Source: Trichosphaerium sp. ATCC 40318 (taxonomy: Eukaryota > Protista > Tubulinea). Taken from it: 64,000 nucleotides of DNA. The notes beneath the pieces were generated by a model. That model searched no databases and was not told the origin of the DNA. It was given only the letters and a program-made list of their open reading frames with translations. Position numbers and translations under genes: made by a program. The DNA lies in contig JALMLS010000360.1 of the NCBI GenBank assembly GCA_038496445.1, forward strand, positions 233 to 64,232. The letters run 5' to 3'. Shown here one piece after another: positions 1 through 11,600 of this stretch (position 1 is the stretch's first letter; each line of letters starts with the position of its first letter).

Positions 1-1910
1 AAGGATTACATTTCTTTCGTTTAATCCATTTTTTATCACTTTCAGTGTCCCAATAAAGCTATCGTCACCTGTCTCTAGACGGATTGTTGTCAATTGGTCG
101 TTCTTTTGAACAAATCATTCTAATCCACAAAAACCTTTTTCACATCTTTCCTTTTGGCCGCAGGTGCTCAATAAATTCGTGGTGTACGTATGCACAGTTA
201 TAGCGTATTTGATAATTTTGGTATCGAAATACAGAGGTTTCTTTTTCAATGAAGTTGATGAACATAATATTTACATGAAAATGTCAAAAAACTCACTCTT
301 GCTTGGGTACTTTATGCCATCAGATAGCCACAAGGTTGATGTAGTTATTTTTTACCACTATAGGAGTTTTAGAGACAGAACTTGTTTTCGAATGGAGATA
401 CTTCAGGATTTACCCAAAAACAGGTTCATTGAAACTGTGTCACTACACTCCGTCAACTATGCTATAATTTACACTGTGTAATACCACACATATTGACTAT
501 CATATGAAAAGTGTGGGATGGTCAATTAGCTCTTGAGGTATTTAATTCCAAAAATCACTTTATTGTCCACTAGTACAGAATATTGGAATTTATCAATTAC
601 ACAAGGCTGACAAGCTTAAAACTAATCTCAATTCATGACAAATAGCATTAGTGACACTTTCTGTAATTTAAACACTTGTCAAAGCTTGTGTAATTGTTAA
701 TTTGGGGAACTCGCTTTTTTTTCATTCAGTACCCTGAAAACTAACGTTTTCAGCGTTTTCCGTGCGATAAACGTCATTTGCAGGTACTTTATAGAAACGC
801 CCTCGTATTTTGGTAGCATACGCTTGTTTTTGCCAATACCCGTGAATTGCATTTCAAGCACCTTATATGGTGACACAACTCTTGAATCATCTGTTTGCTG
901 CATTGAAGCTCAGTTGGTGCTTTTTTAGTTAAGCCAAACACAAACCACCAAAAAAAACTCGTAAAATAGTAAATAATTTATTTTACACTTAGATCTTAAC
1001 AATGGAGCCAGCCATTCTAGGAGTACCTTCACATACGCAAAATCATTAATATGAGAGGTGTGAACTGCATACAAAAATCGTCCCTAGAACTGCAACAACG
1101 CATGTATGCACTTGGCGCTGCAATAACACCTTGAAAAGTGTACAATAAACTTGCTGGTACGGTAAAGACAAGAGATAAAGAGATTGAAGAAGAAAAAAAA
1201 CTACAGCCCGAAGAAAAGAACAGGGCGGCACCCAGCAAAATACAATGAAGGCAACAGAAGGGATTCATTCATTGCAAATATATATAACGGGTCGCCCTTG
1301 AGACTAAAGAAACCAACAGAGCACTGGGATAGAGCAGACCCAACAGCACCAACATCAACTTACTACCCAAATTATGAATCACAGGGCGCTGATTTCCCAT
1401 GCTGCTCGAGGTGGTACTCTCAATCCCAAAGATAGACAAAACAGAACTTGAGGACATAGATCAGTACGTTGGCAGTGATCACAGTTCAGATAGTGACTTC
1501 CAGCAATACGATGAGGCAATAAACGACGACAGTTTTTGTTACCTACGTTCTTTATTTACTGCCGGCAAAATAGCCGAAAGTATATACAATACCAAGCCGG
1601 CTCTCAGAATAGGACGGCAAAAAAAAAATGCCTTCAGCGTTATGTGAAATAAAAAATTATCAATAGCAAAAACTATCGATAATCTGAGCCAGTTCCGTAA
1701 ACTTAACTTTTCTTTGCATTTTTTATTTCAACAATTATTTCAATATGTATGTCAGGCAATCGCCTTCTTGAAACGATTCAGCTAATTAAAAAAAACCACA
1801 AAACCAGAACCGCAACACAAATTACAATAACGTTTCACTGAAAAATCTCATGTGTCAAGTAACACCGACTTAATACTGATTTGTGATAACCTCAAGAGTG
1901 ACAACACGTC

Positions 1911-4900
1911 ATGACAGAATCACAAAGTGACGCCAATACCAATATTGATGTTGTTGATGACTATGAAAAGGCAGCTTTAATTTATGCAGGTAACATGATA
2001 TGATGAGATACAACATGTACATACCTTACTCTACTATTTAGCATACAAAGGATACAATGAAGTTGTATCAATGTTAATTAATGCCAACGCCAATATTGAT
2101 GCTGTTGGTGAATATGGAAAGACAGCTTTAATGATTGCAGGTAACATGATATGATGAGATATAACATGTACATACCTTACTCTACTATTTAGCACAAAAA
2201 GGACACAATGAAGTTGTATCAACATTACTCAACGCCAATGCCAATATTCATGCTGTTGATAGAGATGGAAATACAGCTTTAATTTATGCAGGTAACATGA
2301 TATGATGAGATATAACATGTACATACCTTACTCTACTATTTAGCACAAGAAGGACACAATGAAGTTGTATCAACATTACTCAACGCCAATGCCAATATTG
2401 ATGTTGTTGATAAAAATGAAAATACAGCTTTAATTTATGCAGGTAACATGATATGATGAGATATAACATGTACATACCTTACTCTACTATTTAGCACAAG
2501 AAGAACACAATGAAGTTGTATCAACATTACTCAACGCCAATGCCAATATTGATGCTGTTGATAAATATGGAAATACAGCTTTAATGATTGCAGGTAACAT
2601 GATATGATGAGATACAACATGTACATACCTTACTCTACTATTTAGCACACAGCGGGTACAATGAAGTTGTATCAACATTACTCAACGCCAATGCCAATAT
2701 TGATGCTGTTGATAAATATGGAAATACAGCTTTAATTTATGCAGGTAACATGATATGATGAGATATAACATGTACATACCTTACTCTACTATTTAGCAAA
2801 AAAAGAACACAACAAAGTTGTATCAACATTACTCAACGCCAATGCCAATATTGATGTTGTTGATAAATATGGAAATACAGCTTTAATTTATGCAGGTAAC
2901 ATGATATGATGAGATATAACATGTACATACCTTACTCTACTATTTAGCAAAAAAAGAACACAATGAAGTTGTATCAACATTACTCAACGCCAATGCCAAT
3001 ATTGATGCTGGTGATAAAGATGGAAAGACAGCTTTAATTTATGCAGGTAACATGATATGATGAGATACAACATGTACATACCTCACTCTACTATTTAGCA
3101 CAAGAACGACACAATGAAGTTGTATCAATGTTAATTAATGCCAACACCAATATTGATGCTGTTGATAAATATGGAAAGACAGCTTTAATTTATGCAGGTA
3201 ACATGATATGATGAGATACAACATGTACATACCTTACTCTACTATTTAGCATACAAAGGATACAATGAAGTTGTATCAATGTTAATTAATGCCAACGCCA
3301 ATATTGATGCTGTTGATAAATATGGAAATACAGCTTTAATGATTGCAGGTAACATGATATGATGAGATATAACATGTACATACCTTACTCTACTATTTAG
3401 CACAAGAAGGACATAATGAAGTTGTATCAACATTACTCAATGTCAATGCCAATATTCATGCTGTTGATAAAGATGGAAACACAGTTTTACATTTTTCAGG
3501 TTACATCAAAAGAAATACTACAAGTTTAGCTTATGTTACTATTTAGCACAAAGAGGAAATAATGAAATTATACCAATATTACTTAAAGCACATTTAAATA
3601 AGAACGCTGGTGATGAAAATAGAAACAATGTTGATTTAGGTACTGTTGCAATTTCACACTTGTAACCCTATTTGTTTGAAACGAACAATAGTTAACAGTT
3701 GGGTTTTAGTTATATCACCAGATAAGAAAAAGTGGCAAGATTTTCTTTTATTGTTATTTAAACAAGTGATATCAAATGCTCCAGCATCTGTTGAAGCGTT
3801 TGTAACTTTTTTAAAATACTGTCCAAGTGGTAAACAATGCCATGCACTGTGGAAATCTTGTTCATCCTTTATGTCCTCCACAAACAGTGACAGATTGGAA
3901 ATGCAAATGACACAATACAACAAAGCATACTTCGAGCAGTGGAAACAAGATCTTACACATCCTAAAAAATGGCTTCGGTACTTGGTATGCTACTTTTGAA
4001 ATGCTTTACTTGTTTTAATTATTACAACCTTCAGCCAACGCGTTCTTATTTTAAACTGGCAATGGAAAAGGGCATTTGTTATTTAATTTGTTCTGTGTGC
4101 AATCCCAAAGTTGCTTTGTCTGCAGTACGAATCCACAAACCACATGTAAACTTTATAACTGTTTGCTTTTTACTAGAACTTCTGGAAACAAGATGGAGAA
4201 TTAATGCGAGGCATCTTGTTTGATATGCCCAATGATGCCTGGAGCAACACCGATCAAATTGACTACTTTGAAGATATCACTACAGGTATCAAGGTCACTG
4301 TTTTGCTGCAAAAACTAAAGTACCACAAAGGAATTAAGGCTGTAAACACGCGGGAGTTAAATCGGAGGTTGCATTTTGCAAATAATTGGGACAGATCTAA
4401 CAGCACGTGCGTTCAAACTTATTACCATTTAGGTGGTTTTTTCAGTTTATTTTAAAAAGGGGCATTGATTTAAAGGCGACTGACTACAGGACACTGAATC
4501 TGCTTGATACAACTGACAAAGTGGCTGTAAGAGAATTCAACATCCTCAAACAACAGATGTCCAAAATGCACGGCTATGACCAATACGATATTGTTGAAGC
4601 GACTCTTGTTTACAATGATATCTTGAATGACAACTTTGGACAATTCAACAACATACTACAACACAGACATCAGTACTCTATTATAATTACCCTGTTTTGA
4701 TGTGTCTAAGTATGTACTTGTAGAGGACTTCCCAACTTGTTTAAAAAACAAAATTGGAAAAATGGCATACATAAAAAGTACAAAGAGAGTGTTTACAAAC
4801 AACACAATTCCACACCAATGCAAAAATATTCAAGTACCAATAACGAGGACGCTTCAAAAGAAGAGGTAATGTTTGTTAAAAAAAGCTATTTGTACTAACC

Positions 4901-6276
4901 TACGTTTAGTCACCAGTGATATTGATGGCTCATGGTACAAGTGAAGAAGCAGCTTACAATATTGTAAAAGCTGGTTTTGGAACTGTGAGTGCTTTAGATG
5001 CTGGTTACTATGGTCAAGGGATATACTTCACAGTACGCGATAATAATGTAACACTATATTCATTTCTTTCACAACAGCGGAGTATAAAATATGCGTGTTC
5101 TTATGATAAGGGAGGAAAGAAAGAGAAAACACTTATTTTGAGTCTTGTCACTCCTGGCAATGTATATCCTGTAAGTATCAATTTTATTGTCGTATCTAAT
5201 TTGCAAAAAGGTACACCCAAAAGACAAGTTAAGAGGACAGCCAATAAAACCAGGCTACCAAAGTCATTTTGCATTGGTAGATAGCTTAGGTAGAGTTCTC
5301 AAAGAAAATAAACTTGCCAACGCGGTATACGATGAGCTTGTTGTTGCACAAGGTACAGGAGCAACTACCAAAAAATTGTATTAACTTGATTTTGCAATCA
5401 GATTCTCAAGCTGTTGCTCGTTACATCATCAAAGTGAAAGATAATCAAATCAAAAAACGAATGAAAACAAAAAAACCCAAGAAAGGTGGTAAAAAGACAA
5501 AGAAACAAAACAAAGAAGAAAATGAAGGTTCAGATGATGATCTCTCTGACTCTGATGATGATAATTTTATTTCTAACCGGTAAGACATCATCCTTTTATT
5601 TAACCTCATATTGTTGCACAGAAAACTATGGGCTGCCCATGTGGACTCAACTGATGACCAGCAATCAACTAGCAATGATGTATATCTCGACATAGAATTA
5701 CAAAAAGCAAACCAGGAGATGAACAAACTAAAGAAGAGCAATGCGAATATGAAGGAACTTCTTGAGAATTTACAGCAAACCAAAACAAACCAACAACATT
5801 ATAATGCAAAGTTAGAGCAAGACAAATCAATCAAGCAACGACGCATCATCAAGTTGACAGAAACCGTCAATAATCTAAAGCAAGACAATAAAGTCAAAAT
5901 AGCAGAAAACAATGCCAACCTAAAGCGAGACAATGTCAGCCTAACAGAAAGTGTCAATAACCTACAGCAAGACAACTCAACCAAGCAACAACACATCACC
6001 AACCTAACAGAAAGTGTCAACAACCTACAGCAAGACAATGTCAAGTTGATAGAAAGTGTTAATGACCTGAAGGAAGACAACGTCAAATTAACAGAAACCA
6101 ATGCCATCATTAAAGAAAGTGTCAACAACCTGAAGAAAGATAACGTCAACGTATCCAAAAGCAACGCCAACCTGGAGCAAGATAACGTCAACATAGAAAA
6201 AAGCTTAAATAGCCTACAAGAGAGAAACGCCATTCTACTTGCCAAAATAGCCCAACTTGAAAATACAAACAAGTAG
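1911..6276 (+). CDS. Ankyrin-repeat / PARP-type ADP-ribosyltransferase / coiled-coil protein (copy A), multi-exon, reading frame intact
   Basis: ATG at 1911 (MTESQSDANTNIDVVDDYEKAALIYA). Ten 99-nt ankyrin exons plus a capping exon, then a central helical region. PARP catalytic motifs: LMAHGTS, GYYGQGIYFT, IKYACSY, VYDELVV, ARYII. C-terminal coiled coil (ORF 5611-6276). I followed each GT-AG junction by hand and the frame stays open to TAG at 6276. Confidence 0.9.
1990..3499 (+). repeat. Tandem array of ten 151-bp units (52-nt intron + 99-nt ankyrin exon)
   Basis: Intron GTAACATGATATGATGAGATAYAACATGTACATACCTTACTCTACTATTTAG starts at 1990, 2141, 2292, 2443, 2594, 2745, 2896, 3047, 3198 and 3349. 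Exons run 2042-2140 through 3401-3499. Confidence 0.97.
5845..6210 (+). repeat. Imperfect intragenic repeats (LTESVNNLQQDN-like, 14/21-aa spacing) in the coiled-coil tail of copy A
   Basis: ACAGAAAGTGTCAA(T/C)AACCT...CAAGACAA recurs. Heptad-compatible spacing in ORF 5611-6276. Confidence 0.8.
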
Positions 6277-6550
6277 CTGTTACAATTAATTGGAGATTAT
6301 GGTGGTACTTAGGTCGTTTGAGGTACAGAACACCTATAGCACTATCTCTCCTACATATTTTCGACACGCACGTTAGAGCTCTACAGTCAACAGCGATAGT
6401 TAGTTTTTGTATGCCAATATTAATACAAATGCTTGTCATAAATAAATAGTTTTTGTCCATTCAAGACGTGTTAATTTTTCCATACATCGATATAGAGATG
6501 AATTCAAGGTTCCTAAAAAAAATTTCGTAATAGTAGTTTACACCCTGTAG

Positions 6551-6914
6551 TAACGCCCTTCCGTTATGAATGAATAATTTGAATATTCAAATACAGCCTA
6601 CATTCACAAATATTCACGACTAAAAAAATTCATTCATTATACATGCACACAGTAAAAGGCCGAAAATTGTGCAATTTGATGGCTGATTTTGACTGGATTT
6701 GTGGGTTTTGGTGTTCTGTTGACTATTCCGATTCGGTTTTCAAATGCAACTTGTTGAATCTATCCATGGAACATCGTTAGGTGCTACAAACCAAAAGCTC
6801 CTCAACATCCTGACTCACCAAACGCCCATGAATATTCATGAATGAATATTAATGAATATGGCTTACGGGACAATGAATATGAATATTGCTTGTATTCATA
6901 ACGGAAGGGCGTTA
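6551..6914. mobile_element. Non-autonomous hAT-like MITE (364 bp)
   Basis: Perfect 21-bp TIR TAACGCCCTTCCGTTATGAAT. 8-bp TSD CCCTGTAG at 6543-6550 and 6915-6922. Terminus fits the hAT (T/C)A(A/G)NG consensus. Multiple subterminal GAATATTC-like motifs. Confidence 0.9.
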
Positions 6915-7059
6915 CCCTGTAGTGACACTTATAAAACTTGTATGGATTATGGTAGGATATTTTGGGATAACTATCCTGTCTATTGGCTTACTTTGTTGCT
7001 TTCGATGAATTGGTTGCTATGAGGACATTTTTAGAGCCAATATACGGTGGTGTTGCATA

Positions 7060-7355
7060 AGCTTTCGTCAATGACGGATGACTAAGTTAACGCTCCATTT
7101 AGATTTATTACTGATGATAACGGTATCACGTGGGCAGTTGCAGGTGCTTGGATCTTCTTTTTCCAGATGGTAGCAAACAGCATGTACTTTTTTTTGTAGT
7201 TTTAGATTAGATATACATTTGCAAGTCCCGCTGCGATTGTAGGAAAAATTAATGGTATTTCATTCTGTCTTGGTGCTATATTAAAACTTTGGCGCCTTCT
7301 GTAATGGGATCTATATTTGAATGGAGCCAAACAAATGGTTTTGGTTTTCGCTTGA
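7060..7355 (+). pseudogene. Degraded MFS transporter (ZIFL/MFS_1-like) C-terminal fragment
   Basis: With one frameshift reads QVPAAIVGKINGISFCLGAIL-TLAPSVMGSIFEWSQTNGFGF, resembling the last helices of ZIFL-type MFS proteins. Confidence 0.45.
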
Positions 7356-7369
7356 AAAAACGCGTCTTG

Positions 7370-7661
7370 ACGAAACACGTGCGTTTATCTCGCGGTAGAA
7401 AATACAGAAAAAAATAGGAATTGTAACATTTATGCAAACACAGTCAAGTTCAGTTCTGATTTTTTCCACAACAGATCTACATGTCAATACGCGTATTTTG
7501 TATTTTGAAACTGACACAAGATTTGTAAACATTCCTCGTTTTTGGCTCAAAAAAACCACAAAGAAGTCCTCATATCTGGTTTGAAAAATCGATTTTTGAT
7601 CTGATTCTTTACACACTAATGCGACATGTATATGTGCGTATAAAACTACAATAAAAATATT
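7370..7661 (+). repeat. Dispersed ~290-bp repeat, copy 1
   Basis: Near-identical direct copy at 16065-16355 (ACGAAACACGTGCGTTTATCTCGCGGTAG...CAATAAAAATATT). Confidence 0.9.
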
Positions 7662-8699
7662 GTCCAAAACACATTCAAAAACAGCAGAATGAACAAATTT
7701 TTGACTTACAAACATAATGTTAGCGTATTACAAGGAGCCTCATATTGTACGTACCCAAGCAACACTGGGAAGAAAACCGAAAAATGTTTCTTTTTACCAT
7801 TAGTGTAAGGCACGTAGCGCTGTTGGTTAGTCAACACTTTCGGTTTGGATTAAATGTTAACTCTAGGCGAATGAAGCAAATAACCAAAGCGAAGGGTACA
7901 AGGGTTGCTATTGCTACGTGAACATGTCATCACCAGTGTATACTACTCATTAAGGTTTAGACAATGAATTGTTGGAAGCGTGGTTGCTATAAAGATCATA
8001 GGCACAAGTCATGTCAAAAAAAAAGTTGTTGCAAAAATACTGATGTGTAGTGGTTGTTAGCGCTCAATACTAGTAACGCAATATATTGGGTATCCGCCGT
8101 GGAAGGCAATGAAAAGACTGCATGTCCGCTTGATCAATTACAAAGTAACCACAAAGAAACAAGACATTACCAAACCTCAACAAAAAAATAGGAACAAAGG
8201 GGTGACGCCTATGATACGATGTAGGGTAAAAGCGTTCTTTCCATCAATAACAACTGCAGACTCAATTTTTTTCTATACAACGCCTTGTAGGCACTCTGTT
8301 GATCTTCTACGTCGTAGACAAAATAACAGAAAAAAAAGTGTTGTAGACATGTTCTTTGGAGTAGATAGCGCATCGTGGTGCGTAAGGAGCCCGTCGGCCG
8401 TTTTTATGCCGCAGTGTTAGTTCTGTTAACCTCAAAACACAAAAATTTAAATAGACATAGCCTACTCTGATAATCTAAAGTGTTACAACGAAACCAGTGG
8501 AAGATAGAAAATACAAGACAAAAAAAATCTATCTCGACATGTGATCAAACAAAAACAAATGGTTACCACGTTCTGCCTGGCGTAAAAACCTCAGCAAATT
8601 CGTTGTGTTGTTCCCACTTCTCGTTATGATAATGTTATAATAATACCGCGTTGGCTGTCGGGTTAAAAAATAGTCCGCGAAAACAAAGCGTTCTACATT

Positions 8700-11600
8700 A
8701 CTACAAACTACCAAGAAAATAGGTATTGCCATCCAAAGGGTTTTTCTTTGTTTTCACAACTGTATTTTGAAAAACCGGTTCGCACTTGTTTCGCTCTGTC
8801 TCTGTACGCTTTTTTGATGATTCCTGAGCGACATCTCGTCAAATCACTTGCTAGCTTCACAATTAACGCTGTACTACTGAAATCTTAGCTACCTCGCTAT
8901 GGAGTTATACTTACACAGTGTTACATAACGCTAGCGACTCAAAACCATACTTGTTATTTTTTCGTTTCTGTCATTTCAATGTGAAGCATTTATACCAACT
9001 CTCCTACAAGGTCACTGAGGATTACTGCTGTCATGTTACCAATGTACTTTGAACATCATGTATTGCAACGATTTCTTTATTATAGAGTTTAGCAATGACT
9101 TCAGTACTAGCACTTTCTAAGGGAAACGCTTCAACCCAAAGTGTAAAGTAATCTGAGAATAAAATGATATATCTGTTTTACCATGCCCGCGGTTGGAAAC
9201 GTTCCAGCAAAATCTACTGCTAAATGGAGCATTAGATCTCATTCGTTCAATCGTGGATGTTCGTCTTGTTTTCTTGGCTTGGCATTTAGGACATTCGTGG
9301 ATCTAATTATTAGTGTCAGTATAGTATCTTGCAATAATATCTAATTCTGGGTTTGTAAAACATCTTGTCAAAGCCTAAGTGTCTTGGTAGTGCATCAGCG
9401 TTACTGTGAACATGTCCTGGTCGATATTGTACTTCAAAATCCAGTTCTTGAAGTTTCATTATCACTCTAGCCAATCGATACAGTTGGGTTTTTAATGTTA
9501 AGTAAACAGTCACATTCTGTGACAGAGTAATTCTTTTCATCCGGTTGCACGAGGCACGCAATCTGTTCATCACCATCTATTATCTGTGTAACTACACCAA
9601 TGCTAATGCATCTGTGAAAAGAGTAAATCTGTGCGGATGCCATAGTAGCTTAGCGTACCCTTTTTATAAATCGTCTGTAGTAACCAGTTTTTCGTAGACA
9701 ACATAAGTCTGAAAAGTCTTTGGGAGTCGAGATGTTAGAAATAGCACTGATCTTTGCTGGATCAGGCGCTATGTGCACTGTCAATTTGGTATGGCCATAA
9801 TAGTGTATCAGGAGCGTTAGTAAGTCTAAACAGCTTACCTTTGTATTCAAATAGACCTTACTTCGTTGTAAAGGCAGTCTTCTCTTTATCTTCATCTGCC
9901 ATAAGGATTTGCCAATAACCAGATGTCTAGTCGACTGAGATAGATAACTTAGCGTCTCCAATACAATCCAAGGTGTCATCTTAGCGTGATGGGATAGTTA
10001 CCCCTTTTTGTTATTTTGTTTAATCTACGAATATCTTTTCCATCTTTCTTTGGTACTAACACAACAGATGCAGCCCATTCGGGTTGGGAATGAAATAACG
10101 CTATAGTTCAACATGTCGTTAATATGCTTTTTATTCTCATTAGAAGCTTTATAGCTCTTTCTGTAGAGCTGACAGGAGCGTTAGTACCTGTCAATACGAT
10201 GGCGAATTCTAGTATTGACAGTGTTGGAAGTGTCAGGTTTACTAAACAAATGTTGATTCGATTAAATGAGCTTCAACAACTGCGCTCTTTGATCAATACT
10301 AATATTGGACCAATAACATTGTGTCCTTTAGAGAAACGAGATGAGGATAAGACAAAAGTTTTTTATTTATTTTTCTGTCGGGATTGTCTTCAAATAAATC
10401 GATGGCAGTATTGATGTTGCTCATAAATTCATCGTCTCAGTCAAATGACTGCATTAAATCGTGCTAGGTAAACACAGTTGCAGAAAGAGTATCGATGCGA
10501 GGGTTAAGTACGCAACCCTGGTTGATAAGAACAGGCGCTGTATCAACTTGAATACAGTACGAGTTGTTGGCACAGAAGTTAGGCATAATAGTATTCCAAC
10601 AAGGCCTAGACACGCTTGCCAAGGCGACATTCATGACAGTTTGTAGTGCCAGTGAGTCATCGTTGATAGGAGTGAAGCTGTTCTCAAACTAGTGAAGCAT
10701 GGCGCTGAGAGATCTGTTGACATCAGCACAACAGTCAAAGAGATGACGCATTGTAGCAACAATATTACTGTACATGTTCATGCTCGTGGGAGGCAATGTG
10801 AAGGAGCTTGTGATTAATCCAAAAGTCTAGTTAGGGAGGAACGGCATAGGCGCGTCCGAGCCAACAGGAGAAGAGACTTTGGGAAATGGTTGTAGCTCTG
10901 CATCCCACGGCTTGATAGAGCTTCCATTTAGACGTTTTCGCCATCAGAGTCAGTGTCCATGTCATCATTGGCAACGTTTGGACATGGATCAGGTACAGTG
11001 TCACCATTCGCAATGCAACCAGTACTAGGAGAAGAGTTAGAATAGGCCGGTGCAGTAGTGCCGGGTGTCAAATGTATTGACACTCGAAAAATGTGTATTT
11101 TTGTTTGAATAAAAAGTATTTTGTTTGTCGAGAAAATCGAGAAGAGTTACTGTAGCGTTGATCACTACGCGTAGGGTTTTAATTTTTGGTAAAACGGCAT
11201 TGATTAAAGTTCTTGCACCGAAAATTATTGCCAACGTTGCAGTTTTGATTGTCATGCCGTTGATAGCGTCGTTAGGCGCTATCGGCTGGTTTGTTGGCTA
11301 GGAGTCGCCAATATTTTCCAAAACGTCATGAGAGAGTTGTTGATATTAGACGTCACCATGACAACGAGAATGACAGTTTGAACAACTGCTTTTTACTGTT
11401 TCTCTCTTCCGGAGGCTTCAACCGATCAAATCGTGCAATTAATGCTATCTACACCTCCAAAGACGGTCAAGTTGAAAAATCTGATTTCAGCTTGTTATTG
11501 ACCAGCCCTCTACTCGTGAGAGTACTGCTCATACGCATTTCTACGCGTACAGAAACGTTATATAGCACTTTAAACAAAAACTATGCTGTTATAGTATTTA
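8700..11600 (-). mobile_element. Degenerate Ty3/Gypsy LTR-retrotransposon (RT-RNaseH-integrase; gag/protease region tentative)
   Basis: RT: SGYWQILMADEDKEKTAFTTK*GLFEY...LTNAP (~9800-9930). RNase H end: LARVIMKLQELDFEVQYRPGHVHSNADAL. Integrase: CPKCQ then LAVDFAG..RYIILFSDYFTLWVEAFPL. Order RT-RH-INT, with many stops and frameshifts. No LTRs recognised, so the ends are approximate. Confidence 0.85.

Noticed and set aside
1-1650. Short ORFs and a stop-riddled reading frame at ~1020-1647
   Set aside because: No recognisable motifs or consistent splice model. Possibly decayed sequence, but it cannot be assigned.
1990-3499. CRISPR-like look: constant 52-nt repeats separated by variable 99-nt spacers
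   Set aside because: The spacers are homologous to each other and encode ankyrin repeats. The constant part is a GT-AG intron. There are no cas genes and the context is eukaryotic.
2034-6272. Repeated minus-strand ORFs (2034-2225, 2487-2678, 3242-3433) and 5799-6272
   Set aside because: These are antisense shadows of the ankyrin array and the coiled-coil repeats.
1911-6276. Calling copies A and B tankyrase orthologues
   Set aside because: No SAM domain or tankyrase-type zinc motif was seen, the central domain and tail differ, and the family turns over rapidly. The architecture is only analogous.
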